Assembly: GCA_045576095.1 (NCBI GenBank)
Contig: JAZNFP010000003.1
Span: 3,993-67,992, forward strand
Origin: Eubacteriales bacterium
Lineage (GTDB): Bacteria > Bacillota > Clostridia > Oscillospirales > CAG-272
DNA: 64,000 bases
Direction: 5' to 3'
How positions within the stretch are numbered: position 1 is the first letter of the stretch; each line of letters opens with the position of its first letter. This document shows positions 7,611 through 16,780 of the stretch, piece by piece. The notes below the pieces were generated by a model that worked only from the letters and a program-made list of their open reading frames with translations, was not told where the DNA came from and searched no databases. The position numbers and the translations under genes are program-made.

Positions 7611-8345
7611 ATGCCGTTTTTCATAGGTGCTCCCCTTTCCTTTTCCTTCTCCGCGCTTTCCGAGTATCTCATGGAGCTGAATTTCGTTACGATTTTGCTT
7701 CGCCTTTTTCTGGCCACCGTCTGTGCGGGCGTGCTCGGCGTCGAGCGCCAGAGAAAGAGTCGACCGGCAGGGCTTCGGACGCATATCGTCGTTTGCCTCG
7801 GCTCGGCACTGGTAATGATGATCAGCACGCATCTGGCAAACCAAGGCATGACAACCGACGTTGCACGGCTTGGCGCACAGGTCATCTCGGGCATCGGCTT
7901 TCTCGGTGCGGGAACGATCATTCTGACCGGCAAGCACGGGAAGCCTCAGGTCAAGGGTCTGACGACGGCGGCAAGCCTTTGGACCTGTGCCTGCATGGGG
8001 CTTGCCATCGGATGCGGCTTCTACGTCGGAGCGCTTGCAACCTGTCTTTTCGTTCTCTTCGCCGTAACGGCGCTCAACCGTATCGACAAGTATTTTTACT
8101 CAAAAAGCCGCTCAATCGACCTTCAGCTCGAGCTTCATTCGCCGAACGACCTGCCGTCTGCCTGCGCGTATCTTAAGGGGCGCGGCGTTGAGATTCGGGA
8201 TTTGCAGGTTCAAAAGCGCACGGAATACGGCGAGATTCACGTCTACGCCGCGCTTGAGCTCCGTCTGCACAACGCCAAGGAAAAAACCGATCTGATCGTC
8301 GGTCTTTCGGCGCTCTCGGGAATCGTTGGCATCGAGGAAATGTAA
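7611..8345 (+). CDS. mgtC: MgtC/SapB family membrane protein
   Basis: ATG at 7611 with an AAAGGAG SD. Carries the family motif LRLFLATVCAGVLGVERQ and GIGFLGAGTI. The track ORF has a spurious 54-aa N-terminal extension. Confidence 0.85.
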   Translation: MPFFIGAPLSFSFSALSEYLMELNFVTILLRLFLATVCAGVLGVERQRKSRPAGLRTHIVVCLGSALVMMISTHLANQGMTTDVARLGAQVISGIGFLGAGTIILTGKHGKPQVKGLTTAASLWTCACMGLAIGCGFYVGALATCLFVLFAVTALNRIDKYFYSKSRSIDLQLELHSPNDLPSACAYLKGRGVEIRDLQVQKRTEYGEIHVYAALELRLHNAKEKTDLIVGLSALSGIVGIEEM

Positions 8346-8400
8346 CCGCCCGAGAGCCAAATCCAATGTGGATTTTCCGTAAAAGCCGAAACGGTACGAA

Positions 8401-8438
8401 GAAAGCGGGTGCCGCGCAAATGCGCGGCACCCGCTTTC
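8401..8438. terminator. perfect 17-bp hairpin between convergent mgtC and aroQ
   Basis: GAAAGCGGGTGCCGCGC-AAAT-GCGCGGCACCCGCTTTC. The flanking T-runs are weak on both strands. Confidence 0.6.
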
Positions 8439-8442
8439 TCGA

Positions 8443-8877
8443 TTACCCCCCAAGGTGCGAAATGAGAAGGTCGATCGCTTCAAGATATCCCGAAAAGCCC
8501 TTCCCCGAAATGCACCCGAGACAGGCGGGGCGCAGATAGGAAATCTGCCGAAACTCCTCTCTTGCCGAAACGTCCGAGAGATGCACCTCAACGGTCGGAA
8601 TCCCGATCGCCTTGACAGCATCGGCAATAGCAACGCTCGTATGCGTATAGGCGGCAGGATTAAAGACGATCCCGTCGTACTCCCCGATCGCACCGTGCAA
8701 AGCGTCAATCAGCGCCCCCTCGTGATTGCTCTGAAAAACCGAGTGCAGAACGCCAAGCCCGTCACAGTGCCGTCGGATCGTCTCGCACAGCTCCCGATAG
8801 CTCTCGGTGCCGTAGATTCCCGGCTCGCGGATTCCGAGCAGATTAAGGTTTGGTCCGTTTAATATCAGGATGCGCAT
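8443..8877 (-). CDS. aroQ: type II 3-dehydroquinate dehydratase
   Basis: MRILILNGPNLNLLGIREPGIYG... with HLSDV (canonical HISN) and the C-terminal AroQ pattern. The ATG at 8877 overlaps the upstream gene by 35 nt. Confidence 0.9.
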   Translation of the reverse strand: MRILILNGPNLNLLGIREPGIYGTESYRELCETIRRHCDGLGVLHSVFQSNHEGALIDALHGAIGEYDGIVFNPAAYTHTSVAIADAVKAIGIPTVEVHLSDVSAREEFRQISYLRPACLGCISGKGFSGYLEAIDLLISHLGG

Positions 8878-10087
8878 AGAAATCCTCCAGAATCGCGTCG
8901 GCACAGTCCATCGGCGTGCCGCTGTTTTCAAGTGTCAGATCGGCAAATGAGAGATAGTGCGGAAGACGGGTACGGTACATTCTCCGAAGATCGGCGCCGA
9001 GCGAAAGCGGTCTGCCCTGCCGCGAGAGCAGCTCAAGCTCGCGCAAAAGAAAATAAACCTTCCCGTTCTGCACGAGCGGATATCGGTTTTTGGCATCGAG
9101 CACGGCGCCTCCGCCGGTTGCGATAATCACTCCCGACTCCCGTCCCGCCAAGGCAATCGCCTCGCTCTCGTGACGGCGGAAGGCCGCCTCGCCTTCGGCT
9201 TCGATGATCTCGGACGGGCTTTTTCCGGTTCTCTCCTTGACGATGGTGTCGGTATCGAGCACGCGCCGACCGGTTTTCTCGGCAAGCGAGGCGGCAACCG
9301 TCGTTTTTCCGCAGCCGGGCATCCCGACGAGCACGACGTTCTGCTTTTGTCGCATCAGCTCGTGCAGAATCCGCGCGATCTCCACCTCGGCAACGGGGGT
9401 TCCCGTAAAGAAGCCTGCCGCCACCGCCGCCTGTGCAACCAGCATGGCAAGTCCGCCCGAGGCGGGTACGCGCGCGCGCTCGGCACGGTCAACGAGTCTG
9501 GTGCGAAGAGGGTTGTAGATCACGTCGAGCACGCCCGAAAGGTGCGGAAAGCGCGACGGATCCAGCAGGGCTTCTCCGTTGTGCGGATACATTCCGACCG
9601 GCGTTGCGTTGACGATCACCTCGCTGTCACAGTGCCGTGCGAGGGACTCGTAGCCGTTTTCGCCGCTCCGTGACAAAACGACGATCTCTCGCGCGCCCGC
9701 ATCACGTGCAACCGCTTGTGCGGTCAGCGAGGTGCCGCCGCTCCCGAGAATGAGCACCTTGCGCCCCGAAAAGGAAACTCCCGCGCGGTGCGCCATCCAA
9801 AGGAAGCCCGCATAATCGGTATTGTGCCCGATGAGCCGCCCCGCTCGGTTTTCAACGGTATTGACGCTTCCGATCCGCCGCGCGGTCTCGTCAAGCTCGT
9901 CAAGATACGGAATCACCGCCTTCTTATAGGGGATCGTAACGTTCAGACCCTCAAAATCGCGTGATGCAAGGAAGGCACCGAGCTCCGAGGGGGCAAGCTC
10001 CTTGAGCTCGTAGTCGTAGCGGCCGAAGCGGCGGTGAATCTCGGGCGAATGGCTGTGTCCGAGCGTCTCTCCAATCAGATAATACAT
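8843..10087 (-). CDS. aroE: bifunctional shikimate dehydrogenase / shikimate kinase (AroE-AroK fusion)
   Basis: The N-terminal ~270 aa are AroE-like (GHSHSPEIH, NVTIPYK, GHNTDYAGF, LGSGGTS). The C-terminal part is a shikimate kinase (NVVLVGMPGCGKTTVA...LDTD...ATGGGAV). Confidence 0.9.
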   Translation of the reverse strand: MYYLIGETLGHSHSPEIHRRFGRYDYELKELAPSELGAFLASRDFEGLNVTIPYKKAVIPYLDELDETARRIGSVNTVENRAGRLIGHNTDYAGFLWMAHRAGVSFSGRKVLILGSGGTSLTAQAVARDAGAREIVVLSRSGENGYESLARHCDSEVIVNATPVGMYPHNGEALLDPSRFPHLSGVLDVIYNPLRTRLVDRAERARVPASGGLAMLVAQAAVAAGFFTGTPVAEVEIARILHELMRQKQNVVLVGMPGCGKTTVAASLAEKTGRRVLDTDTIVKERTGKSPSEIIEAEGEAAFRRHESEAIALAGRESGVIIATGGGAVLDAKNRYPLVQNGKVYFLLRELELLSRQGRPLSLGADLRRMYRTRLPHYLSFADLTLENSGTPMDCADAILEDFYAHPDIKRTKP

Positions 10088-10098
10088 CGCCTCACCCC

Positions 10099-11235
10099 TT
10101 ATAGCTCGGCGTAGCAGCCGAGATAGCCGATGCCCCCAACCGAATACTCGAGATCGTCAAGCACCGATGCCGCAGCCTCGCGGCTCGGCGCCTCAAAGTC
10201 CAGATAGAACCGCACCTCGAAATCGGTTCCGACAATGGGGCGGGATTCAATTTTGAGCAGATTGCAGCCGCCGATCGCAAGCTTAGAGATAACGGCGTAA
10301 AGCGATCCCGGCGTGTGCGGAAGCGTCAGAGTCAGCGAAATCCGCGTGGCTCCCCCGTAGATGGCTCCGCCCTTTGCGATGCAGATAAAGCGCGTAAAAT
10401 TCCCGTCGCTGTTCTGGATCTTAACCGAAAGCCGCTCGAGCCCGTAAAGCGCCGCGCAGGCGGCGGAGGCAATCACGGCAACGTCGCGGCGGCCAAGTGA
10501 GACGAGCTCCGCGGCGGCAAGCGCGGTATTCTCGGCAGGGATCGCCCTGATCTCGGGATGTGCCTCAAGGAAGCGGCTGCACTGTCCGAGCGCCTGGGGA
10601 TGCGAACGGATCTCGCGGATCTCGCCGAGTCCGACTCCGGGGGGAACGAGAAGTGCATGATCAACCTTCAGCTTCAGGGAGCGGACGATGCGGAAGCGAT
10701 GCGACTGCATCAGATCGAGCACGGCGCTGACCGAGCCGTGCGTGCTGTTTTCGATCGGAAGAACGCCAAAGTCGCAAAGACCGCTCTCTACCGCCGAGAA
10801 AACGCCCTCAAAGCTCTTGAAATAGACGATATGCTGCTCCCCGAACAGCCGATCGCAGGCGATCTGTGAGTACGCCCCCTCACTCCCCTGACAGGCGACC
10901 CGTCCGCTTCTCGGAAATTCCGAGGGGGTTTTTTGAGCAGACTCCAAAAATTCTCTTGAAAGGCTCCCCTTCGGTGCAATAAGACGCGACTGATAGGCGC
11001 GACTAATCTCCATCATCGAGGAAAAAAGGCTTCTTGCATAAGCGCAAAGCTCGCTCGGAACGCTCTCGGCAACCTCTGCCAGAATTTCGCGCTCGCGGGC
11101 AGGATCAAGGATCGCAAGCCCCTTTTCCTTTTTATACGCGGCAACCTCTGCCGACAGGCGCATCCTCTCGCAAAAGAGCGCTCTCATTTCGCCGTTGATG
11201 CGGTCAATATCGGCTCGGCATTTCTCGAGATTCAT
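10099..11235 (-). CDS. pheA: bifunctional chorismate mutase / prephenate dehydratase with a C-terminal ACT domain
   Basis: From the ATG at 11235: MNLEKCRADIDRINGEMRALFCERMRLSAEVAAYKK (chorismate mutase helix), then RVACQGSEGAYS...PIENSTHGSV (prephenate dehydratase), then an ACT-like tail. The track ORF's 53-aa Arg-rich extension is discarded. Confidence 0.85.
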   Translation of the reverse strand: MNLEKCRADIDRINGEMRALFCERMRLSAEVAAYKKEKGLAILDPAREREILAEVAESVPSELCAYARSLFSSMMEISRAYQSRLIAPKGSLSREFLESAQKTPSEFPRSGRVACQGSEGAYSQIACDRLFGEQHIVYFKSFEGVFSAVESGLCDFGVLPIENSTHGSVSAVLDLMQSHRFRIVRSLKLKVDHALLVPPGVGLGEIREIRSHPQALGQCSRFLEAHPEIRAIPAENTALAAAELVSLGRRDVAVIASAACAALYGLERLSVKIQNSDGNFTRFICIAKGGAIYGGATRISLTLTLPHTPGSLYAVISKLAIGGCNLLKIESRPIVGTDFEVRFYLDFEAPSREAAASVLDDLEYSVGGIGYLGCYAEL

Positions 11236-12322
11236 TCTTTTCCTCCTCGGTCTCCAAAATCGCTTCCAGCAAAACGATCGAGGCAATCGCCTCAACGCAC
11301 GGCACCGCGCGAAGGGCAATGCAGGGATCGTGCCTGCCCCCGACTCTGACCGTCGTCTCCCGCATCGCTGAAAGCGAAACGGTTTTCTGTTCACGCGAAA
11401 TCGACGCCGTCGGCTTCATGGCAACGCGGAAGAGCAGCGGCATTCCGGTCGAAATTCCGCCGACGATACCGCCGGCATGATTGCTTTCGGTTGCAACGCG
11501 GCCGTCTCTGATGCAAAAGGGGTCGTTATGTGCCGAGCCGCTCATGGCGGTGGGGGCAAAGCCGTCTCCGCACTCGATGCCGCGCACGCCGCCGAGCACG
11601 AAGATTGCACCGGCAAGCAGATTTTCAAGGCCCCGTCCGAGCGGCGAGCCGATCCCGGCAGGCAATCCGATCGCTCCGCATTCAACGATGCCGCCGATCG
11701 AATCCCCCGATTCCGCAGCAGAACGGATCTCGCGCTTCATCGCTTCCCCGACGGCGTCGTCCAAAACCGGAAAGTCCTTCCTGCCCGGGGAAAGCAGCTC
11801 GTCCTCTGTGAGTGCAAGGGTGAGGTATCTGCGCTCACGGATTCCCCCGACCGCCTCAAGATGCGCACCGACCGAAATTCCGCGAAGCGAGAGCGCCTGC
11901 CTTGCAAGCTCGCCAACGGCAACAAGAGGAGCAGTCAGGCGCGCCGAAAAATGGCCGCCGCCGCGGAGATCAATCTCCCTGCCGTAGCGCATTTGCGCCG
12001 TATAGTCGGCATGTGAAGGACGGGGTGTGTCGCAAAATCCGTGATAATCCCCCGAGCGTTGGTTTTGGTTCAGAATTCTTACCGTGATCGGATCCCCCGT
12101 CGTAACCCCCGACGCGATGCCCGACAAAAAGATCGGCTCGTCGCTCTCACGGCGAGGCGTTGCAAGTGCGCCGCCGCCGCGGCGGCGCTCCATCGCATGG
12201 GAAAGCGCCTTGAAATCAACGGCAAGCCCCATCGGGAAGCCGGAAACCGTTGCTTCAACGAACGCACCGTGCGACTCGCCGACAAGCGAGACCGAAAGGC
12301 GTTTTCCAAATTCAGATCTCAT
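11204..12322 (-). CDS. aroC: chorismate synthase
   Basis: FGKRLSVSLVGESHGAFVEATVSGFPMGL...RPSHADY...GGGHFSARLTAP are typical AroC blocks. Confidence 0.9.
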   Translation of the reverse strand: MRSEFGKRLSVSLVGESHGAFVEATVSGFPMGLAVDFKALSHAMERRRGGGALATPRRESDEPIFLSGIASGVTTGDPITVRILNQNQRSGDYHGFCDTPRPSHADYTAQMRYGREIDLRGGGHFSARLTAPLVAVGELARQALSLRGISVGAHLEAVGGIRERRYLTLALTEDELLSPGRKDFPVLDDAVGEAMKREIRSAAESGDSIGGIVECGAIGLPAGIGSPLGRGLENLLAGAIFVLGGVRGIECGDGFAPTAMSGSAHNDPFCIRDGRVATESNHAGGIVGGISTGMPLLFRVAMKPTASISREQKTVSLSAMRETTVRVGGRHDPCIALRAVPCVEAIASIVLLEAILETEEEKNESREMPSRY

Positions 12323-13574
12323 GGGACTCTCCTTTCAGGCTTGCAAAATCATCAAAGAAGGCGGGATAGGATTTTGATACGGCGTCGGCTCCGCAGATGA
12401 CCGTCTCGCCGTCGCAAAGCGCACGCGCAACCGCCGCCGCCATGACGATCCGATGGTCGCCCGCACCGTCGATCACGCCGCCCGAAAGGCGCTTGCCGCC
12501 GCGCACGGTCATGCCGTCCTCGGTTGCCCAAACGCTTGCGCCAAGGGCGCGAAGCATGGCGTGGGTCGAGGAAATGCGGTCGCTCTCCTTATGGCGGAGA
12601 CGGGCGCCGCCAAAGAGATGGCTTTCGCCCTCGCACGCCGAGGCGAGCACGCACAGGATCGGAAAAAGATCGGGGCATCCCGATACGTCGAAATCAAAGG
12701 CAGAAAGCCGCTCGGGGCGCACGACCCGAAGCACCCCGTTTTCAAAGCGGGGCGAAGCCCCGGCAAGCCGAAGCGCGTCGAGCACGGCGCGGTCGGCCTG
12801 CAGGCTCGCTTCCGAGAGTCCCGCGACCGAAACCTCTCCGCCGATCGCGCCCGAAACGAGGTGGAAGGCTGCGTTCGACCAATCCCCCTCAACGGTGTAT
12901 CGGCCGGGCGAGCGATAGCCGGCATCGGGAGCAAGACGGTACTCGCCCCCCGCGGTGCGAACCGAAACCCCGAATGCCGACAGCACCGAGCACGTCACGT
13001 CAACGTAGGCGGCGCTCTCAAGAGGCGTCGTCAGAGCAACCGTCGCCTCTCCGTCAAGGAGCGGCAGGGCAAGCAAAAGCCCCGTGACGAACTGTGAGCT
13101 GATATTTCCGGCAAGCTCGTAGCGCCCCGCACCGAGAGTCCCTCGGATACGGAGCGGAAGCCCCTCGCCGATCACCTCGACGCCATGCGCCTTAAGCTCC
13201 TCGGTCAAGGGTGCGAGCGGTCTTTCGCCGAGCCGTCCGCGCCCGAGAAAGGTCGTGTCAACCCCCATTGCGGCGGCAACCGGAATGAGAAAGCGCAGAG
13301 TCGAGCCGCTCTCCCCGGCATCAACCGTGGCGCGTGCCGGCGGCTCCGCGCGCCGCACGGTATACCCAAGGGGCGTGCGTTGAATCTCGGCACCGAGCGC
13401 AGAGAGGCAGGAAACCGTTGCGGAAATATCCTCCGAGATGCCGCAAAAGCAAAGCTCGGTCGGCTCGTCGCACAGAGAAGCCGCGATCAGGGCGCGGTGC
13501 AGCTCGCTTTTCGAGGCAATGGCGTTCACCCGCCCGAAGCACGCGGGGGAAACGATCCGACGTTTGACAGGCAT
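12312..13574 (-). CDS. aroA: 3-phosphoshikimate 1-carboxyvinyltransferase (EPSP synthase)
   Basis: From the ATG at 13574: GRVNAIASKSELHRALIAASL, LGERPLAPL, GDHRIVMAAAV. AAAGGAG SD. Confidence 0.9.
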   Translation of the reverse strand: MPVKRRIVSPACFGRVNAIASKSELHRALIAASLCDEPTELCFCGISEDISATVSCLSALGAEIQRTPLGYTVRRAEPPARATVDAGESGSTLRFLIPVAAAMGVDTTFLGRGRLGERPLAPLTEELKAHGVEVIGEGLPLRIRGTLGAGRYELAGNISSQFVTGLLLALPLLDGEATVALTTPLESAAYVDVTCSVLSAFGVSVRTAGGEYRLAPDAGYRSPGRYTVEGDWSNAAFHLVSGAIGGEVSVAGLSEASLQADRAVLDALRLAGASPRFENGVLRVVRPERLSAFDFDVSGCPDLFPILCVLASACEGESHLFGGARLRHKESDRISSTHAMLRALGASVWATEDGMTVRGGKRLSGGVIDGAGDHRIVMAAAVARALCDGETVICGADAVSKSYPAFFDDFASLKGESHEI

Positions 13575-13609
13575 ACGGCACTCCTTTCGTTTTCTGAGAA
13601 ATGGGGAGA

Positions 13610-14647
13610 TCAGATTCGGAAATACCGCTCGAGCTCGGACATTGGTATCCGCTCGGCGCGGCATTCGCCAAGACGTCTCGGCAAAATGAGCGTGATCTCG
13701 TCTCCCATGCGCTTTTTATCGCTCTTCATGGCGGAAATCAGCTCCTCGGTGGTGGCAAGCACAGCGTTTGGCAAGCCCCGATAGGTGATGCACCCCACCA
13801 GATCGTCAAGGAAGTTCTCCCGACAGTAGCCCATGCGAAGCGCGCCGCGCGTGGCAACGATCATGCCGACGGCAACCGCCTGTCCGTGGGTAAATTCATG
13901 CTCGGTCAGCTTCTCGATCGCGTGCCCGACGGTGTGCCCGAAATTGAGCAGCGCTCTGACGCCCTCGTCGCGCTCGTCGGCGCGAACGACGTCCCCCTTA
14001 ATGGCAACCGAGCGGCGGATGACCTCTTCGATATCGTGATCGGCGTAAAGCATCTCGAAAAGCCCTCTGTCAAAGGCAACGCCGTACTTGATCGCCTCTG
14101 CCATACCGTCGGCGTACTGCTCCTCTGTGAGCGTCTGAAGAACGTCGGGGTCGCAAAGCACGAGCGACGGCTGCCAGAAGGCACCGATCTGGTTCTTGTA
14201 GCCGAGGAGATTGACACCGGTTTTTCCGCCGACCGATGAGTCGAGTGCGGCAAGCAGCGTCGTTGGAATCTGCACGAAGCGAATGCCGCGCAGATAGGTC
14301 GCGGCGGCAAAGCCCGCGACGTCCCCGACGATTCCGCCGCCGAGCGCGACGACGAGATCGGCGCGCGTGATCTCCCCGCGAAGCATCGCCTCCTGCAGGC
14401 GCACGACCGTCTCGGGGGTTTTGTTTTCTTCGCCGCCCGGGAAGGAGAGACGAAGCACGCGGTGCCCCGCCGACGCAAGCGAGCGCTCAACGCGGTCCCC
14501 GTAGAGTCGATCAACCGTCCCGTCGGAAATCAGAGCAACCCGAAGAGTGCCGAGTCCCCTTTGGATCAGCGGACCGACCAAGTCAAGAAGGCCTCGCTCG
14601 ATCAGGACGTCATAGGGCGCCTTGGTTTCAATACGTACGTGTTTCAT
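13610..14647 (-). CDS. aroB: 3-dehydroquinate synthase
   Basis: GEENKT, GGGIVGDVAGFAAATYLRGIRFVQIPTTLLA, FGHTVGHAIE. GGAGGA SD. Confidence 0.9.
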   Translation of the reverse strand: MKHVRIETKAPYDVLIERGLLDLVGPLIQRGLGTLRVALISDGTVDRLYGDRVERSLASAGHRVLRLSFPGGEENKTPETVVRLQEAMLRGEITRADLVVALGGGIVGDVAGFAAATYLRGIRFVQIPTTLLAALDSSVGGKTGVNLLGYKNQIGAFWQPSLVLCDPDVLQTLTEEQYADGMAEAIKYGVAFDRGLFEMLYADHDIEEVIRRSVAIKGDVVRADERDEGVRALLNFGHTVGHAIEKLTEHEFTHGQAVAVGMIVATRGALRMGYCRENFLDDLVGCITYRGLPNAVLATTEELISAMKSDKKRMGDEITLILPRRLGECRAERIPMSELERYFRI

Positions 14648-14682
14648 TTCCGTCCTCCGCCGCTCGTTCGTTTTCTTCCATA

Positions 14683-14711
14683 ATTATACTTGGATTTTCT
14701 GGAGCTGTCAA
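14683..14711 (-). promoter_or_regulatory. consensus sigma-A promoter internal to the aro operon, in the tyrA-aroB gap
   Basis: The minus strand reads TTGACA-GCTCCAGAAAATCCAAG(17)-TATAAT. The -35 hexamer contains the tyrA TGA stop codon. Confidence 0.55.
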
Positions 14712-15544
14712 CCGCCATATTCCCTCTTTCGCGCCGCCCCTCTCGAGAGCAGCTCACGGAGACCCGCCTCATCCCCCTCGGAGATGACCGCGCGGAACTG
14801 TGAAAGGCTCCCGATCAGGCGGTCAAGCTCGCAAAGCAAGGGCTCGCGGTTCGAGATGAGAATCTCACTCCACATCTCGGCGTTGATTTGGGCAACTCTC
14901 GTCATATCCCGGAAGGATCCTGCCGAAAAGCCTCGCTGCTCCTCTGCCGTCGGAGAGGAGATATAGGCGCTTGAGAGCACGTGTGCAAGCTGCGAGGTAT
15001 AGGCGATGATACGGTCGTGATCGGCAGGGGACGAGAAGATGACCTTGGAAAAGCCGAGGGAGAGAAAAAACGCCTTGAGGTCGGAAAGCACCTCGATGGA
15101 CACGTCGCCCTCGGGCGTGAGAATCATCGAGGCGCCGATGAAGAGATCGTCCCGCGCCGCCTCAATGCCCCAGACCTCGCGCCCCGCCATCGGATGTCCT
15201 CCGACGAAATGAAAGCCGTAGGTGCGCGAAAGCTCGCCCGCCGCCTCGCAGATCTCGCGCTTGATGCCCGCGAGGTCAACAACGACAGTGTGCGGAGAGA
15301 GCTCCCCTGCGTGCTCCTTCAGCCATGCGATTGCGGCGCGCGGATAGAGCGCCAGCAAAAGAAGATCCACCTCGCCGAGCGAGCTTTCGTCGAGCAGCCC
15401 GTCGTAGAGACCGAGCAGCCGAGCGCGGTCAAGCGTCTGCGGCGAGCGCTCCGAGACGAGAATCCGATCGCTCGGTCGGTCGGCTCGGATCGACATGGCA
15501 AACGAGCCGCCGATCAGTCCGAGTCCAACGATTCCGAAGGTCAT
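14708..15544 (-). CDS. tyrA: prephenate dehydrogenase
   Basis: From the ATG at 15544: MTFGIVGLGLIGGSFA (Rossmann fold), GGHPMAG. ATGA overlap with the aroF stop. Confidence 0.85.
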   Translation of the reverse strand: MTFGIVGLGLIGGSFAMSIRADRPSDRILVSERSPQTLDRARLLGLYDGLLDESSLGEVDLLLLALYPRAAIAWLKEHAGELSPHTVVVDLAGIKREICEAAGELSRTYGFHFVGGHPMAGREVWGIEAARDDLFIGASMILTPEGDVSIEVLSDLKAFFLSLGFSKVIFSSPADHDRIIAYTSQLAHVLSSAYISSPTAEEQRGFSAGSFRDMTRVAQINAEMWSEILISNREPLLCELDRLIGSLSQFRAVISEGDEAGLRELLSRGAARKREYGG

Positions 15545-16542
15545 AGCAGGCACCCCCGTACCGCGTTCACGCGCTTCATCAGCTCGGCGAAGGCATCGGG
15601 TGTCAGTGACTGCGGACCATCGCAAAGCGCGGCGGCAGGATCGTTATGCACCTCGATCATCAGTCCGTTTGCCCCTGCCGCAACGGCGGCAAGCGCCATC
15701 GGAGCAACGTAGCGCGCATAGCCCGTCGCGTGAGAGGGATCGACGACGATCGGCAGGTGCGTCATCTGACGGAGCGCCGGGATTGCCGAGAGATCGAGCG
15801 TGTTCCGCGTTGCCGTCTCGAAGGTTCGGATGCCGCGCTCACAGAGAATGACCTCTTCGTTTCCTCCCGCCATGATGTACTCGGCACTCATGACAAGCTC
15901 CTGCAGAGTGCTCGAAAGTCCACGCTTTAAGAGAATCGGCTTGCGAAGCGCGCCGACCTCCTTCAGCAGCTCGAAGTTCTGCATATTCCGCGCGCCGATC
16001 TGGATCACGTCAACCTCCTCGAAAAGCGGAATCTGCGACGGATCCATCAGCTCGGTCACGATCGGAAGCCCGGTTCTGCGCTTTGCCTCAAGGAGCATAC
16101 GAATCCCCTCGGCGCGAAGCCCCTGAAAGGCGTAGGGCGAGGTTCTCGGCTTGAAGGCGCCGCCGCGCAGAAGCCCCGCACCCGATGCCTTCACCGCCTC
16201 TGCCACCGCCGAAAGCTGTGCCTCGGACTCGACCGAGCAGGGGCCCGCGATGACGGCAAAGGAGTCACCGCCGATCTCGGCGTCACCGATCCGAACGACG
16301 GTGTCATTCGGATGAAACTTGCGGTTTGCCTTCTTGTAGGGCTCCTGCACACGCTTGACGTCCTCAACGATCTCAAGTGCACGCAAAAGATCAATGTCGA
16401 TATGCGAGGTGTCGCCGATCAGACCGAGAATCGTTCTGTGTGCGCCCTCCGTCGCCTGTACCGAAACCCCCTGCTTCCCGAGCCATTCGACCAAAAGCCC
16501 GATCTGCTCCTTTTTCTCCTGATCCTTCAAAATAACGATCAT
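15541..16542 (-). CDS. aroF: 3-deoxy-7-phosphoheptulonate (DAHP) synthase, class I-beta, with an N-terminal ferredoxin-like regulatory domain
   Basis: GPCSVES...KPRTSPY...GLPIVTE...DPSH. An ~80-aa N-terminal domain as in Thermotoga-type enzymes. The ATG at 16542 has AAAGGAG 8 nt upstream; the track start is at 16560. Confidence 0.9.
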   Translation of the reverse strand: MIVILKDQEKKEQIGLLVEWLGKQGVSVQATEGAHRTILGLIGDTSHIDIDLLRALEIVEDVKRVQEPYKKANRKFHPNDTVVRIGDAEIGGDSFAVIAGPCSVESEAQLSAVAEAVKASGAGLLRGGAFKPRTSPYAFQGLRAEGIRMLLEAKRRTGLPIVTELMDPSQIPLFEEVDVIQIGARNMQNFELLKEVGALRKPILLKRGLSSTLQELVMSAEYIMAGGNEEVILCERGIRTFETATRNTLDLSAIPALRQMTHLPIVVDPSHATGYARYVAPMALAAVAAGANGLMIEVHNDPAAALCDGPQSLTPDAFAELMKRVNAVRGCLL

Positions 16543-16578
16543 ACCCTGACTCCTTTGCATTTAAGACTTGAGATTCCG

Positions 16579-16617
16579 CCGAAAAAGAAAACTCCCACAG
16601 CGTTTGCTGTGGGAGTC
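16579..16617 (-). terminator. intrinsic terminator (candidate attenuator) in the aroF 5' leader
   Basis: The minus strand reads CTCCCACAGC-AAAC-GCTGTGGGAG (perfect 10-bp stem) followed by TTTTCTTTTTC. It ends ~38 nt before the aroF ATG. Confidence 0.75.
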
Positions 16618-16636
16618 GGCAAGCGATATCTGCTTT

Positions 16637-16741
16637 TTATCTGCCGTTCTGACCACACAACGCCGAAAAGGCTCTGCCCGAATAATCGTAGGCAAAGCCA
16701 AAGTAAAAATAATACTTCGCGTCGTTGTGCAGAACCGTCAT
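16637..16741 (-). CDS. candidate Tyr/Phe-rich leader peptide of the aro operon (34 aa)
   Basis: My own translation: MTVLHNDAKYYFYFGFAYDYSGRAFSALCGQNGR, stop TAA. GGGGAAG lies 5 nt upstream of the ATG. Residues 10-20 are 8/11 aromatic. It sits between the promoter and the terminator and is below the 60-aa track cutoff. Confidence 0.6.
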   Translation of the reverse strand: MTVLHNDAKYYFYFGFAYDYSGRAFSALCGQNGR

Positions 16742-16780
16742 TTCATCTTCCCCTTCGGAATCTCCTTGTGGATTGATGAA

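Noticed and set aside
8843-8877. The 32-35-nt gene overlaps (aroEK/aroQ and aroC/pheA), considered as evidence of frameshifts or pseudogenes.
   Set aside because: Both partners in each pair have full-length, motif-complete products. The downstream starts give canonical N-termini (MRILILNGPNLN..., MNLEKCRADIDR...). The overlaps are more simply explained by short non-conserved C-terminal tails on the upstream proteins.
16561-16780. Possible T-box riboswitch in the aroF leader.
   Set aside because: I found no T-box sequence (AGGGUGGNACCGCG-like), no AG-bulge/GNUGGA distal-loop elements and no specifier-loop arrangement by eye. The leader is only ~215 nt and contains a translatable aromatic-rich ORF instead. 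An Rfam scan should still be run.
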